From an uncultured Pseudomonadales bacterium (GTDB lineage: Bacteria; Patescibacteriota; Microgenomatia; UBA1400; PJMF01): a DNA stretch of 62,901 bases. The translations under genes were made by a program, and so were the position numbers. Of this stretch, positions 7,399 through 16,126 are shown one piece after another (the stretch's first letter is position 1; every line of letters begins with the position of its first letter). The notes beneath the pieces were generated by a model, which was given only the letters and a program-made list of their open reading frames with translations, did no database searches and had not been told where the DNA came from. The DNA is taken from assembly GCA_964625685.1 (NCBI GenBank), contig CAZVBO010000001.1:1-62901 (forward strand). Reading direction: 5' to 3'.

Positions 7399-9159
7399 TT
7401 ACTTAGCGGAACTGGTCACTCCATATTGACGAGTAATTTGGGAAATACCTTGTGATAAAGTGGAAACGACCTCATCCATATCTTTGCCAGCAATAATGGC
7501 ATTAATAGCGTCTTGATAATACTTGATTATCTGGTCATTAATTCCATTATCATGGGTATAAGAGTTCATGTACCAATCTTGGGCTTGATCAGCATTTTGG
7601 TAGACAGCTGCTAAATAGGGACTTGAGACGTCAGCCGCTAAACTCTTCTTGGCATAGGGCTCACCAAAGGCACGAACTTGACTTTGGTTGGAATACATTT
7701 TTTTCAATACCTCATCACTATTTAAGTACTTCAATAGTTCCCAAGCTTCTGTTTTTTGAGTGCTCTGTGCATTAACGCCCTCAGCCCAATACGTAGCCCA
7801 AGCAATGTTTTTGTCCGATAAAGTGGGTGTGGCAACTGTTCCAAAGTTCAATTGAGGATTTAAAGCTAAAACATCATGAGCTCTCCAAGAAGGGGCGAAC
7901 ATCATCGCTACTTCTCCTCGAGCAAAAGCAGCGGTCGAAGTTGGTAACTGATCGCTCCACACTGGAGTCGTGGTTATAAAATTGGTGTAAAACCGTAAGG
8001 CATCCTGAGCTTCTTTAGTTGTGGGATCTGCCGGGTCAGCTCCATTCTGCAACATTAAGAGAGCTAAAATATCGGAAAAATGTTCGACATTACTAGCATT
8101 GCCAATGGCCAGCCCCCCACGAGTAACCGTGTTTCCTGATTTAATCGTCAATTTAACAGCTAATTCTCTTAACTCTGCCCAGGTTTTCGGTGGTTGAGCG
8201 TCAGCAGTGGCTAAAATGTCTTTGTTATAGAACAGAACCAAACTGTCATACATCAAAGGAATCCCCACATAATTTCCATTCAACTGAAGCTGTTTTGAAA
8301 CCACCGGGTAATAGGTACTCTGAAATTGACTAGCCGACATGACCGAACTGGGAACTGGAGACAAGTTGGTTTTGAGCATAGGTACCCAGGAAGCATGAAA
8401 ACGAAATAGATCCGGGCCTTGATTACTTGCCATGGCTGATTGTAAGCGGTCTCGATAGTCAGTAGGTGATTGTTTCACATAGTTAACCAAAACTCCTGGA
8501 TGTGAACTTTCAAAATCTTTTAAAACATCCGCCATCACTTCTTTGGGCTCCCACAAGCCCCAATACGTCAGGGTAACTTGTTTGGTGGTACCGCTTGTAG
8601 TTCCAGAAGTACCAGTCGTGGTTGAAACAGATTGATTAGAACCCCTACCCAAGAAACGCAAGGCAACAAAAACCAAAACGCCAACAAGGATGAGTCCTCC
8701 CAGAATTATTGGAATCCACTTCATCGGACTGGACTTCACTTTGGCAAAAATAGGAGACTTGCTTTGTCCCGGCTCATTGAGTTGAGTACTACTTGGAGGA
8801 GGTGTATTAGCACCATTCCCTCCAGCATTTTCTGTGGCAGTTGGAGTCATATTTTGAATGGGACTGGTTGGAGTTGTAGGGGGTTGAGACGTTGCTGGCG
8901 AATTAGGAGTTACACCAGAAGTGGTAAATGGTAAAGTGGTGGGCTTTCCAATGGGTTGTGGAGCTACTGGAGAAGGAGGCTTCGGAAATGGCGTAGTTAT
9001 ATTAGGAGTCCCATTCGCGGGAGATACTAATGTGGATGGAGGTGGAGATGAGGGTTGATTGGCAACCACCGCGGTCCCCTGGGGCGGAGTTGGAGCGGGT
9101 GGTTGGGGAATTTTGGGTGGTTGAGGGGTGGGCAGTTTCTGATCAGGCATACAACACAT
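7399..9159 (-). CDS. Extracellular solute-binding protein (ABC family-1, sugar-type) with a long Pro/Thr/Ser-rich N-terminal region and a TM anchor
   Basis: The ORF runs to 9198 (TTG), but ATGs at 9159 or 9150 are more plausible starts. The C-terminal ~400 aa has the SBP_bac_1 pattern (LTYWGLWEP...DLFRFHASWVP...). No permease or ATPase genes are adjacent. Confidence 0.7.
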   Translation of the reverse strand: MCCMPDQKLPTPQPPKIPQPPAPTPPQGTAVVANQPSSPPPSTLVSPANGTPNITTPFPKPPSPVAPQPIGKPTTLPFTTSGVTPNSPATSQPPTTPTSPIQNMTPTATENAGGNGANTPPPSSTQLNEPGQSKSPIFAKVKSSPMKWIPIILGGLILVGVLVFVALRFLGRGSNQSVSTTTGTSGTTSGTTKQVTLTYWGLWEPKEVMADVLKDFESSHPGVLVNYVKQSPTDYRDRLQSAMASNQGPDLFRFHASWVPMLKTNLSPVPSSVMSASQFQSTYYPVVSKQLQLNGNYVGIPLMYDSLVLFYNKDILATADAQPPKTWAELRELAVKLTIKSGNTVTRGGLAIGNASNVEHFSDILALLMLQNGADPADPTTKEAQDALRFYTNFITTTPVWSDQLPTSTAAFARGEVAMMFAPSWRAHDVLALNPQLNFGTVATPTLSDKNIAWATYWAEGVNAQSTQKTEAWELLKYLNSDEVLKKMYSNQSQVRAFGEPYAKKSLAADVSSPYLAAVYQNADQAQDWYMNSYTHDNGINDQIIKYYQDAINAIIAGKDMDEVVSTLSQGISQITRQYGVTSSAK

Positions 9160-9269
9160 TTTATCACGAAATGAAGCGCCACAACCAGTGCGAAGCAAAA
9201 ACAGAATAAATCAAAATCAGAAGCCCAAAAGAATAAGTTGCCAGTGACGAGTTACTAGTATTTATTGAT

Positions 9270-9369
9270 TGTGTGTTTGAAATTTGAGATTTGTTTGGAA
9301 TTTTCCGCCCAAGGCGCCTGCCCGCCGGCGGGTGGGGACCAGCCTCGGGCTGGGGAACTTGAAATTTTA
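9270..9369. repeat. Composite repeat: A/T-rich UUUGGAA arm, expanded GC hairpin module, then a second A/T arm
   Basis: TTTGAAATTTGAGATTTGTTTGGAATTTTCCGC matches the inner end of the 23S inserts. The GC part (9305-9354) shares CCAGCC(C/T)(G/A)AGGCTGGTCC with 57436-57465. Confidence 0.65.
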
Positions 9370-9410
9370 ACCACTAAACAATAATCATTAAACAATACTG
9401 TTTTACCCTG

Positions 9411-9416
9411 TATACT
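9411..9416 (+). promoter_or_regulatory. -10 hexamer TATACT 7 nt upstream of the ATG of 9424..11220 (leaderless candidate)
   Basis: The plus strand reads TATACT aaggcac ATG. Confidence 0.45.
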
Positions 9417-9423
9417 AAGGCAC

Positions 9424-11220
9424 ATGAAGTTGGCAAACAAACCGACTAGAGATCAACTCTTTTTTCGTATTCTATTGATAATTTGTTTTGTTGGTATAAG
9501 TACTGGAGCTTTTTTAACTACCTTTTTTTTCTACCAATATCAGCACAAAATCTATCCCGGTATTTCAATTGATGGCCAAAATGTAGGAGGACTAACACTT
9601 GAGGAAGGAACCAACCAGCTTTTACCAACTCAAAACCTAGAAGACGATTTTGAAGTTATCCTAAAACATCAAGATCAACACATCAGTTCTTCTGCCGCTG
9701 TACTCAAGATTCACAGAAATATTTCTCAAGCCCTTAACGACGCTTACTCTGTGGGCAGACATGGAAGTTGGTATCAACGACTCACCACTTTATTTAATAT
9801 TCAAAAGGAAAAAGGCATAAATATTTCCACGGAACCAACTTTTGATAAAACAGAAGTAGTGAAGATGGTAACTGCTTTTAAAAACCAAATCGATAAATCA
9901 CCCATCCCACCCACCGCCACCCTTATCACTAGTCACGCCCCTGAAACACTCAGTCTGACACCGGGAGAAGATGGCCTAACTGTAGACCTAGACGCTACTG
10001 TCGATAAAGTTCTCCAGAGTGCGACTGTGCCTGATCATACTAGCCAAGTTGAAATTCGAGTGACTCAAGTGTCACTCACAGAAGAACAACAAAACAATCT
10101 AATGACAATCATTCAACAAAACTTAGTGGGAAAACAGCTGGAGTTTACTCATGATTACCACTCTTTTACTTTAAGCGACAAGAAGTTGATTTCATTTCTC
10201 CTCCTGCCCGATGAGGTAGATCAAACGGCACTGTCAGAAGTTATCCAAACTTGGGCGGAAGAAATAAATCAGCCAGCAGTCCAAGCTGTGTTTGAATATA
10301 ATCCAGATACTCTGGCGGTGAGTGAGTTTAAACCACCCAAAGATGGAATTGAGGTAGATATTGATGAAACCAGTCAAATTATTACTGATTGGCTAAAAGA
10401 ACAACTTCACAACCAAACGAGCAGTGAAACTGAAGATTCCTTGACTCAAGAACTACCCATCACCCAAAGCAAAACTGAAAATACATTGGCAGAAACAAAT
10501 GACTTGGGGATCAATGAATTGATTGGCTTTGGAGAAAGTCGATATGATCATTCCATCCCCAGTCGAATCCATAATGTATCTCTGACCACTTCCCGGATTA
10601 GTAATACGTTAGTGGCACCGGGTGAGGAGTTTTCTTTTAATAAAACCTTGGGTGATGTCTCTTCGTTAACTGGTTTTAAACCTGCCTATGTAATTAAAGA
10701 TGGAATGACGGTTCTTGGAGATGGGGGTGGAGTTTGCCAAGTAAGTAGCACTCTTTTCCGGGCACTTTTAGATTCAGGACTGAAAATTACACGAAGACTT
10801 CCTCATAGTTATCGGGTGAGTTACTATGAACTCAACTCTGATCCTGGTTTTGATGCTACTGTCTACGCTGGAGACACGGACTTACGCTTTGTAAACGACA
10901 CCGATCACTATGTACTGATTCATGGCGAAGCTGATAGTAAAAACTTATACATGAAAATGGAAATCTACGGCACCAGCGATGGTCGAACTACCGAAGTTTC
11001 CAACTATAAAAAATGGGACTACTCTCCCCCACTACCTACAGAATATATTCCAGATCCCTCACTCGCTCCTGGAGAATTAAAACAGATTGACTGGGCCGCT
11101 GCCGGCATTAAAGCCCAGTTTGTTCACACCATTTACGATAAAGATGGAAACGTTATGAGTCAGAAAACCTATACTTCCAACTATCGACCCTGGAGTGCTA
11201 AGTATTTACAGGGGATTTAA
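9424..11220 (+). CDS. VanW-family (YoaR-like) protein with an N-terminal TM anchor
   Basis: 598-aa ORF with the VanW core GDGGGVCQVSSTLFRALLDSGLKITRRLPHS. Confidence 0.75.
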   Translation: MKLANKPTRDQLFFRILLIICFVGISTGAFLTTFFFYQYQHKIYPGISIDGQNVGGLTLEEGTNQLLPTQNLEDDFEVILKHQDQHISSSAAVLKIHRNISQALNDAYSVGRHGSWYQRLTTLFNIQKEKGINISTEPTFDKTEVVKMVTAFKNQIDKSPIPPTATLITSHAPETLSLTPGEDGLTVDLDATVDKVLQSATVPDHTSQVEIRVTQVSLTEEQQNNLMTIIQQNLVGKQLEFTHDYHSFTLSDKKLISFLLLPDEVDQTALSEVIQTWAEEINQPAVQAVFEYNPDTLAVSEFKPPKDGIEVDIDETSQIITDWLKEQLHNQTSSETEDSLTQELPITQSKTENTLAETNDLGINELIGFGESRYDHSIPSRIHNVSLTTSRISNTLVAPGEEFSFNKTLGDVSSLTGFKPAYVIKDGMTVLGDGGGVCQVSSTLFRALLDSGLKITRRLPHSYRVSYYELNSDPGFDATVYAGDTDLRFVNDTDHYVLIHGEADSKNLYMKMEIYGTSDGRTTEVSNYKKWDYSPPLPTEYIPDPSLAPGELKQIDWAAAGIKAQFVHTIYDKDGNVMSQKTYTSNYRPWSAKYLQGI

Positions 11221-11234
11221 TGTTTTTCTAAAAA

Positions 11235-11477
11235 CTAATCGTCGATTGGTCCATCAGGAGTATCCGAGTCATCTTCATCTTCTCCACCCAAAAAGAAATT
11301 TCGCAAACCAAAACTATCCTTTCGATTTTGAACCGAGGAAGCAATTTTCCCCTCAATTATTGGTGCAAATTGTTGAATTTCACTTGTGCCCTCTCCCCTA
11401 AAAACAACTTTAACATTTTGAACAACTTGACGAAAAACCGAAGCTAACAATCGCTCAGTTCCAATTCTACTTGCCAC
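11235..11477 (-). CDS. Hypothetical small protein with an acidic C-terminus (GTG start)
   Basis: 80-aa ORF that fills the gap after VanW. No homology recognised. A 50-aa ORF (11486..11638) sits directly upstream on the same strand. Confidence 0.3.
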   Translation of the reverse strand: MASRIGTERLLASVFRQVVQNVKVVFRGEGTSEIQQFAPIIEGKIASSVQNRKDSFGLRNFFLGGEDEDDSDTPDGPIDD

Positions 11478-11793
11478 AACTGAGGCTAAAACTCACTCAT
11501 GGCTAAAACTCTCTGATCCTGGCTTCTTGGAGTGTTGTCATAACTCATAAACACATCCATCATATCGTTTGGAATTGCTTGTGGAATGGAGTAAGTATTT
11601 CCATCAAAATCATATTTAAGGCCTACTTCTGTTGGCATATTTTTCCCTTTCTGCTATTATTTTTGGCTTCTCCGCCTGCAACGCTATACGTAGCACTGCG
11701 GGCAGGTGGTTTTTGGCTTTAAACTGTTAGCCCGTCCCTTTGCTTTTTTTCTTTTGTCTTTATTCTTTAAACTTCTCACTGTAACCCTGTATT

Positions 11794-11840
11794 GTTTCTG
11801 GTTTCTGGTTTCTGGTTTCTGGTTTCTGGTTTCTGGTTTC
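11794..11840. repeat. Tandem heptamer repeat (GTTTCTG) x ~6.7
   Basis: Read directly: gtttctg repeated head-to-tail from 11794 to 11840. Confidence 0.9.
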
Positions 11841-11859
11841 AAACTTTTATCTTTCTTCT

Positions 11860-12621
11860 TTATACTTTAGACTTTTTCAGATACTCCCCCATTCCTTCCA
11901 CCGCCCGGAGGACTTCCATGGGCACGGCAAAAATAACGGTATTGGATTGATCTGAAGAGATATCATTAATTGAGTTAAGAGTTCTCAAATGTAAAGCACC
12001 CGGTGTCTTCGCCATCATAGCAGCTGCTTTAGTCAAGTTTTCTGCGGCCAGCACTTCACCTTCGGAATTAAGAATGGTGGCACGTTTTTCACGTTCTGCT
12101 TCAGCTTGTTTCGCCATGGTTCGAACCATTGATTCAGGTAACTCAATATCTTTTAATTCAACAGCTTCAACATCAATTCCCCATTGGTCGGTGGTGTGAT
12201 CAATGGAAGTTAAAATCTGCTCAGCAATTTTTTCACGATTAGAGAGTAATTCGTCAAGAGTGGCCTCACCAGCAATCCGTCGCATAGTGGTTTGTGCTAG
12301 TTGAGACACGGCCCAAAACACATTTTCCACTTCATTGATAGCTTTTCCGGAATCAGTTACTTTGTAGTAAATAACGGCATTCATCTTGCATGACACATTG
12401 TCTTTGGTGATCGTTTCTTGCTTGGGAACATCAACGGCTTTGGTCCGAATATCCACTTTTTTAAAAGTCTGAAAGATAGGAATAATCAGTTTCCAGCCAG
12501 GACCAATAATGCCTGTAAATTTCCCCATGGTATACACCACGCCGCGTTCATACTGATTGATTTGTTTTAAACACATCGGTAAAAGGATAACTAAAATAAC
12601 AAATAGGATGAGGTAAAACAT
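11860..12621 (-). CDS. SPFH/Band-7 (stomatin/slipin-like) membrane protein
   Basis: 253-aa ORF. An N-terminal TM helix is followed by QYERGVVYTMGKF...IIPIFQTFKKVDIRT...TKDNV..., typical of stomatin-like proteins. Confidence 0.8.
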   Translation of the reverse strand: MFYLILFVILVILLPMCLKQINQYERGVVYTMGKFTGIIGPGWKLIIPIFQTFKKVDIRTKAVDVPKQETITKDNVSCKMNAVIYYKVTDSGKAINEVENVFWAVSQLAQTTMRRIAGEATLDELLSNREKIAEQILTSIDHTTDQWGIDVEAVELKDIELPESMVRTMAKQAEAEREKRATILNSEGEVLAAENLTKAAAMMAKTPGALHLRTLNSINDISSDQSNTVIFAVPMEVLRAVEGMGEYLKKSKV

Positions 12622-12735
12622 ATTTTCCTTCTCTAGTTAGTACGTACTAAATTATAGCGAAAAACTTACCCAAAGAAAATAAGAACTTAATTGCTGGGTT
12701 TTCAGTCTGGAACTACAAAAGTCCAATCTTTCGCC

Positions 12736-12741
12736 TATAAT
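12736..12741 (+). promoter_or_regulatory. -10 hexamer TATAAT 7 nt upstream of the ATG of valS (leaderless candidate)
   Basis: The plus strand reads TATAAT aaacggc ATG. There is no SD and no T-box-like leader. Confidence 0.45.
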
Positions 12742-12748
12742 AAACGGC

Positions 12749-14971
12749 ATGGATTCAAGATATATTCATACCGACCACGAACAACAGATGTACACGCTAT
12801 GGGAAAAACATCATGTGTTTCAACCCCAAAGCGATACTGAAAACAAAAAGCCAGATCGAACCTTTTCGATTATCATGCCTCCACCCAATGCGAACGATCC
12901 ACTCCATATTGGGCATGCCATGTTTGTGGCTCTAGAAGATATCATGATTCGATTTCACCGGATGTTAGGTGAAGACACCTTGTGGCTTCCTGGCACAGAT
13001 CATGCTGGAATTGAGACTCAATTTGTTTTTGAGAAAAAATTAAAAAAACAAAAAAAGAGTCGTTTTGATTACGATCGACAAACCCTCTATCAAATGATCT
13101 GGGAGTATGTTCAAGAGAACTCTGATGTGGCAGTCAATCAATTAAAAAAGTTGGGTGCGAGTGCTGATTGGTCTCGATTTAAATTCATGCTTGATCCGGC
13201 AATTGTTAATGAAGTTATTCAAACTTTTATAAAACTTCATCAAGAAAACTTAGTTTATCGAGATTTAAAATTAGTCAATTACTGTCCCAAGTGCGGCACT
13301 GCTTTTAGTGAGCTCGAAGTTGATCACCAAGAACAAGATTCCAAACTGTACTATATGCAGTATGGACCCTTAGTGGTGGCCACCACTCGACCAGAAACTG
13401 TTTTTGGGGATGTGGCGGTGGCCGTAAACCCCAATGATCCTCGATATCAACCATTCATTGGACAGGAAGTTGAAGTGGACTATCTGTTTGAAACTCGAAA
13501 AGTGAAGGTTATTGCTGATGACTATGTTGATCCTGAGTTTGGAACTGGGGCTCTCAAAATCACTCCGTTTCATGATCCAAATGACTTTGAAATTTGGCAA
13601 AGACATCGCGATGAATTACCTCAACCCAATCAAGTCATTGATTATGCCGGTCGACTCAATGAATGGGCCGGTCCTTTCAAAGGTTTAAAAACCCACATAG
13701 CCCGCCCTCAAATAGTTCAAGCCTTAAACGATAAAAACTTATTGATTAAAACTGATGAGCATTACCACAATAGTATTGGAGTATGTTATCGTTGTGGCAC
13801 TACTATTGAACCCCTCCCCCTTCCTCAATTTTTCATCAAAGTACAGCCACTCGTAGATCAAGTGGTCAAAAAACTGGATCAAGGTGAAGTGACCATCTAC
13901 GGAGCTGGCTACGAGAAAATTCTCCGTCATTGGTTGGAAAACTTAAAAGACTGGAACGTGAGCCGCCAAATTGTCTGGGGAATTCGACTGCCAGTCTGGT
14001 ACTCAGTTTCGAAAAACCCAGACTTAGAAGTGGTTTTTTTGGATGGAAATCACCACCGAGTTTCTGGAAAAATCAGCCAGTTTTTAGATCAACTTTCAAT
14101 CGTGAAAACTCAATTACAAGAGTTGAAAGCTCCAGTAGATACAGAGTTTATTATTTCTCAAGACAGTCCAGGTGACGACTATATTCAAGAAACTGATACC
14201 TTTGACACTTGGTTCTCTTCAGGACAATGGCCAGTGACCACTCTGAAAACCAACCAACCCGGTGATTTTGAGCGTTTCTACCCAACCTCCGTCATGGAGA
14301 CAGGATACGATATCTTGCCTTTTTGGGTGATGCGAATGCTCTTGTTAGGAGTCTTTACCACGGGAGAAGTTCCTTTTCATGATGTGTATCTTCACGGCCT
14401 GGTCAGAGATCAACAAGGTAAAAAAATGAGTAAAAGTAAGGGAAATGTGATTAATCCTCTGACTATGATCGAGAAGTACAGCGCTGATGCCATCAGAATG
14501 GCCTTAGTGGTTCGGTCCACTGCAGGATTAGACAAATCAGTGGGTGAAGCCGATTTTAAGGCTATGAGGAACTTTACCAATAAGATTTGGAATGCCAGTA
14601 GGTTTGTTATTCAGGCTCAACCAACTGAAAACCCACCAAACACCAATAAGACCCAAAATAAAGACATCGAATACTCTCATCATTTAAAACAAGTGGTAGA
14701 TGAAGTAACGCAACAACTGAAAGATTATAAATTAGGATTAGCTGCGGAAACCACTTACAATGAATTTTGGCACTGGTTTTGTGATCAATGTATTGAACAG
14801 ACCAAAAGTGGAAACCTCTCCTCTACTCTATTATTGGAAGGACTGCTCGTGTTTCTTCACTTACTCCATCCTTTCATGCCGTTTGTGACAGAATCAATTT
14901 GGCAAGAACTTCGAGCTCAACAGCTCATCGAATCTGACTTGTTAGCTTTAGATGGCTGGCCAAAATCGTAA
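12749..14971 (+). CDS. valS: Valyl-tRNA synthetase (short form lacking the long C-terminal coiled coil)
   Basis: 740-aa ORF with PPPNANDPLHIGH (HIGH), KMSKSKGN (KMSKS) and class-Ia editing-domain spacing. Confidence 0.85.
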   Translation: MDSRYIHTDHEQQMYTLWEKHHVFQPQSDTENKKPDRTFSIIMPPPNANDPLHIGHAMFVALEDIMIRFHRMLGEDTLWLPGTDHAGIETQFVFEKKLKKQKKSRFDYDRQTLYQMIWEYVQENSDVAVNQLKKLGASADWSRFKFMLDPAIVNEVIQTFIKLHQENLVYRDLKLVNYCPKCGTAFSELEVDHQEQDSKLYYMQYGPLVVATTRPETVFGDVAVAVNPNDPRYQPFIGQEVEVDYLFETRKVKVIADDYVDPEFGTGALKITPFHDPNDFEIWQRHRDELPQPNQVIDYAGRLNEWAGPFKGLKTHIARPQIVQALNDKNLLIKTDEHYHNSIGVCYRCGTTIEPLPLPQFFIKVQPLVDQVVKKLDQGEVTIYGAGYEKILRHWLENLKDWNVSRQIVWGIRLPVWYSVSKNPDLEVVFLDGNHHRVSGKISQFLDQLSIVKTQLQELKAPVDTEFIISQDSPGDDYIQETDTFDTWFSSGQWPVTTLKTNQPGDFERFYPTSVMETGYDILPFWVMRMLLLGVFTTGEVPFHDVYLHGLVRDQQGKKMSKSKGNVINPLTMIEKYSADAIRMALVVRSTAGLDKSVGEADFKAMRNFTNKIWNASRFVIQAQPTENPPNTNKTQNKDIEYSHHLKQVVDEVTQQLKDYKLGLAAETTYNEFWHWFCDQCIEQTKSGNLSSTLLLEGLLVFLHLLHPFMPFVTESIWQELRAQQLIESDLLALDGWPKS

Positions 14972-14972
14972 T

Positions 14973-15368
14973 ATGGAATTGACGCTACTCTACCTGCCAG
15001 TTTTTTTAATACAACTTTCTTGGCTAAATATAGTTTTTTTAATCAAAGCAGTCTGGGCAAAATACGCCCCTTTCATTTCAGCTGGTGTTTCCTTGTGCTT
15101 ACTCGCGCTTTACTTGAGCCTGTGGTGGCTCCACTATAACTCTTCTAACCAGCAGTTCACTCAACCCCTCAAACTCTTCCAAGCACAACAGCATCAAGAA
15201 CTAGAAACGATGAAAACCGAATGGTTACTCAAACTCAAGCAACAGCCCACGCATCGAGATTTGTTATACAACGTAGCCCAGATTTCGTGCCAATTAGGCG
15301 ATAACGACTGCGAAGTTTATCTTCAGCAAGCCCGACAAAGCGACCCCAACAACTCCCTTTTTAACTAA
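14973..15368 (+). CDS. Hypothetical membrane protein
   Basis: The ORF runs from 14952, but the ATG at 14973 lies 2 nt after the valS stop. Three predicted TM helices. No known domain. Confidence 0.45.
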   Translation: MELTLLYLPVFLIQLSWLNIVFLIKAVWAKYAPFISAGVSLCLLALYLSLWWLHYNSSNQQFTQPLKLFQAQQHQELETMKTEWLLKLKQQPTHRDLLYNVAQISCQLGDNDCEVYLQQARQSDPNNSLFN

Positions 15369-15396
15369 AAAGCTCCGAATTACTTCGGAGCTTTTT
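15367..15396. terminator. Bidirectional rho-independent terminator between convergent genes
   Basis: AAAAAGCTCCGAAttacTTCGGAGCTTTTT, a perfect 8-bp stem flanked by an A-run and a T-run. Confidence 0.75.
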
Positions 15397-15415
15397 CTGT
15401 TTCATATAAGAAGGT

Positions 15416-16087
15416 TTATTCTTCTGACTTCTCTGTTGTTTCTTCAGCGGCGGATGTTTCTGAGGCCTCTTCACTTGCGGTTTCTTCAGCTGGTGTTTCA
15501 GGCTCCTCTTCTGGTTCTTCTTCAGCTTGAGCTTGTAATATAACAACTGGCTCATCCATTTGTTCTTCTTCTATCATGAGAGTGACTAATTCTTTATTAA
15601 ATTTGAGATCTGCATATGTAATGGATTGGCCAATTTCAGTTAAAGCTGTCACATCAATTTCAAAACTTTCTGGTAAATCAGTAGGTAGCGCTTCAACAGA
15701 TACTGAAGAGGCAACTTCAACCACGACGGAGTCTGGGACTTTGTTTTCACCCACATATTCAATAGGCACATCTGCGGTTACTTTTTCTTTTAGGTTCACT
15801 TGTTTAAATACCACATGAATCTCTTGACCAGAAACAGGGTCGTATTCGACCTGGTCAACTAAAACTGGGCGACTTTTTGTTTCTTCTCCCACGTTTAAGT
15901 AAACCACACCAGTGTCTCCTACTTGATCATAGAGTTTAACAAAATCCAAATGATTCATCTGAATACTGATGGAGTGGTCTAAGTGTCCAGAAATGTTTCC
16001 TGGTAAAACACCCTCAGCTCGCAAACGACGAGTTTTCTTTCCTGTGAGGGTTCTGGGTTGGGCAACAAAAGTTGTTTTTTGAGACAT
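15416..16087 (-). CDS. rplY: 50S ribosomal protein L25/Ctc form with an acidic C-terminal tail
   Basis: 223-aa ORF with GKKTRRLRAEGVLPGNISG near the N-terminus, the two-domain Ctc length and an upstream SD AAAGGA. Confidence 0.8.
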   Translation of the reverse strand: MSQKTTFVAQPRTLTGKKTRRLRAEGVLPGNISGHLDHSISIQMNHLDFVKLYDQVGDTGVVYLNVGEETKSRPVLVDQVEYDPVSGQEIHVVFKQVNLKEKVTADVPIEYVGENKVPDSVVVEVASSVSVEALPTDLPESFEIDVTALTEIGQSITYADLKFNKELVTLMIEEEQMDEPVVILQAQAEEEPEEEPETPAEETASEEASETSAAEETTEKSEE

Positions 16088-16126
16088 AACACATCCTTTT
16101 AAATTCTTTATTCTTGAGAGTGAAGA

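Noticed and set aside
9255-9440. 61-aa ORF (…SSSPARGWSPPAGGQAPWAENSK…)
   Set aside because: It is a translation of the GC-hairpin/A-T-arm repeat in a divergent promoter region. The same repeat occurs non-coding elsewhere.
11794-11840. Possible CRISPR array, or CRISPR-like interpretation of the dispersed repeats
   Set aside because: The heptamers are contiguous with no spacers. The larger repeats are palindromic, irregularly spaced and scattered, and no cas genes are present.
12622-12748. T-box or other leader upstream of valS
   Set aside because: Only 127 nt are available, with no specifier or T-box motifs. A TATAAT lies 7 nt from the ATG, leaving no room for a leader.
15361-15555. Lys-rich 64-aa ORF
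   Set aside because: It is an out-of-frame reading of the acidic Glu-rich tail of L25/Ctc on the same strand and spans the terminator hairpin, so it is a compositional artefact.
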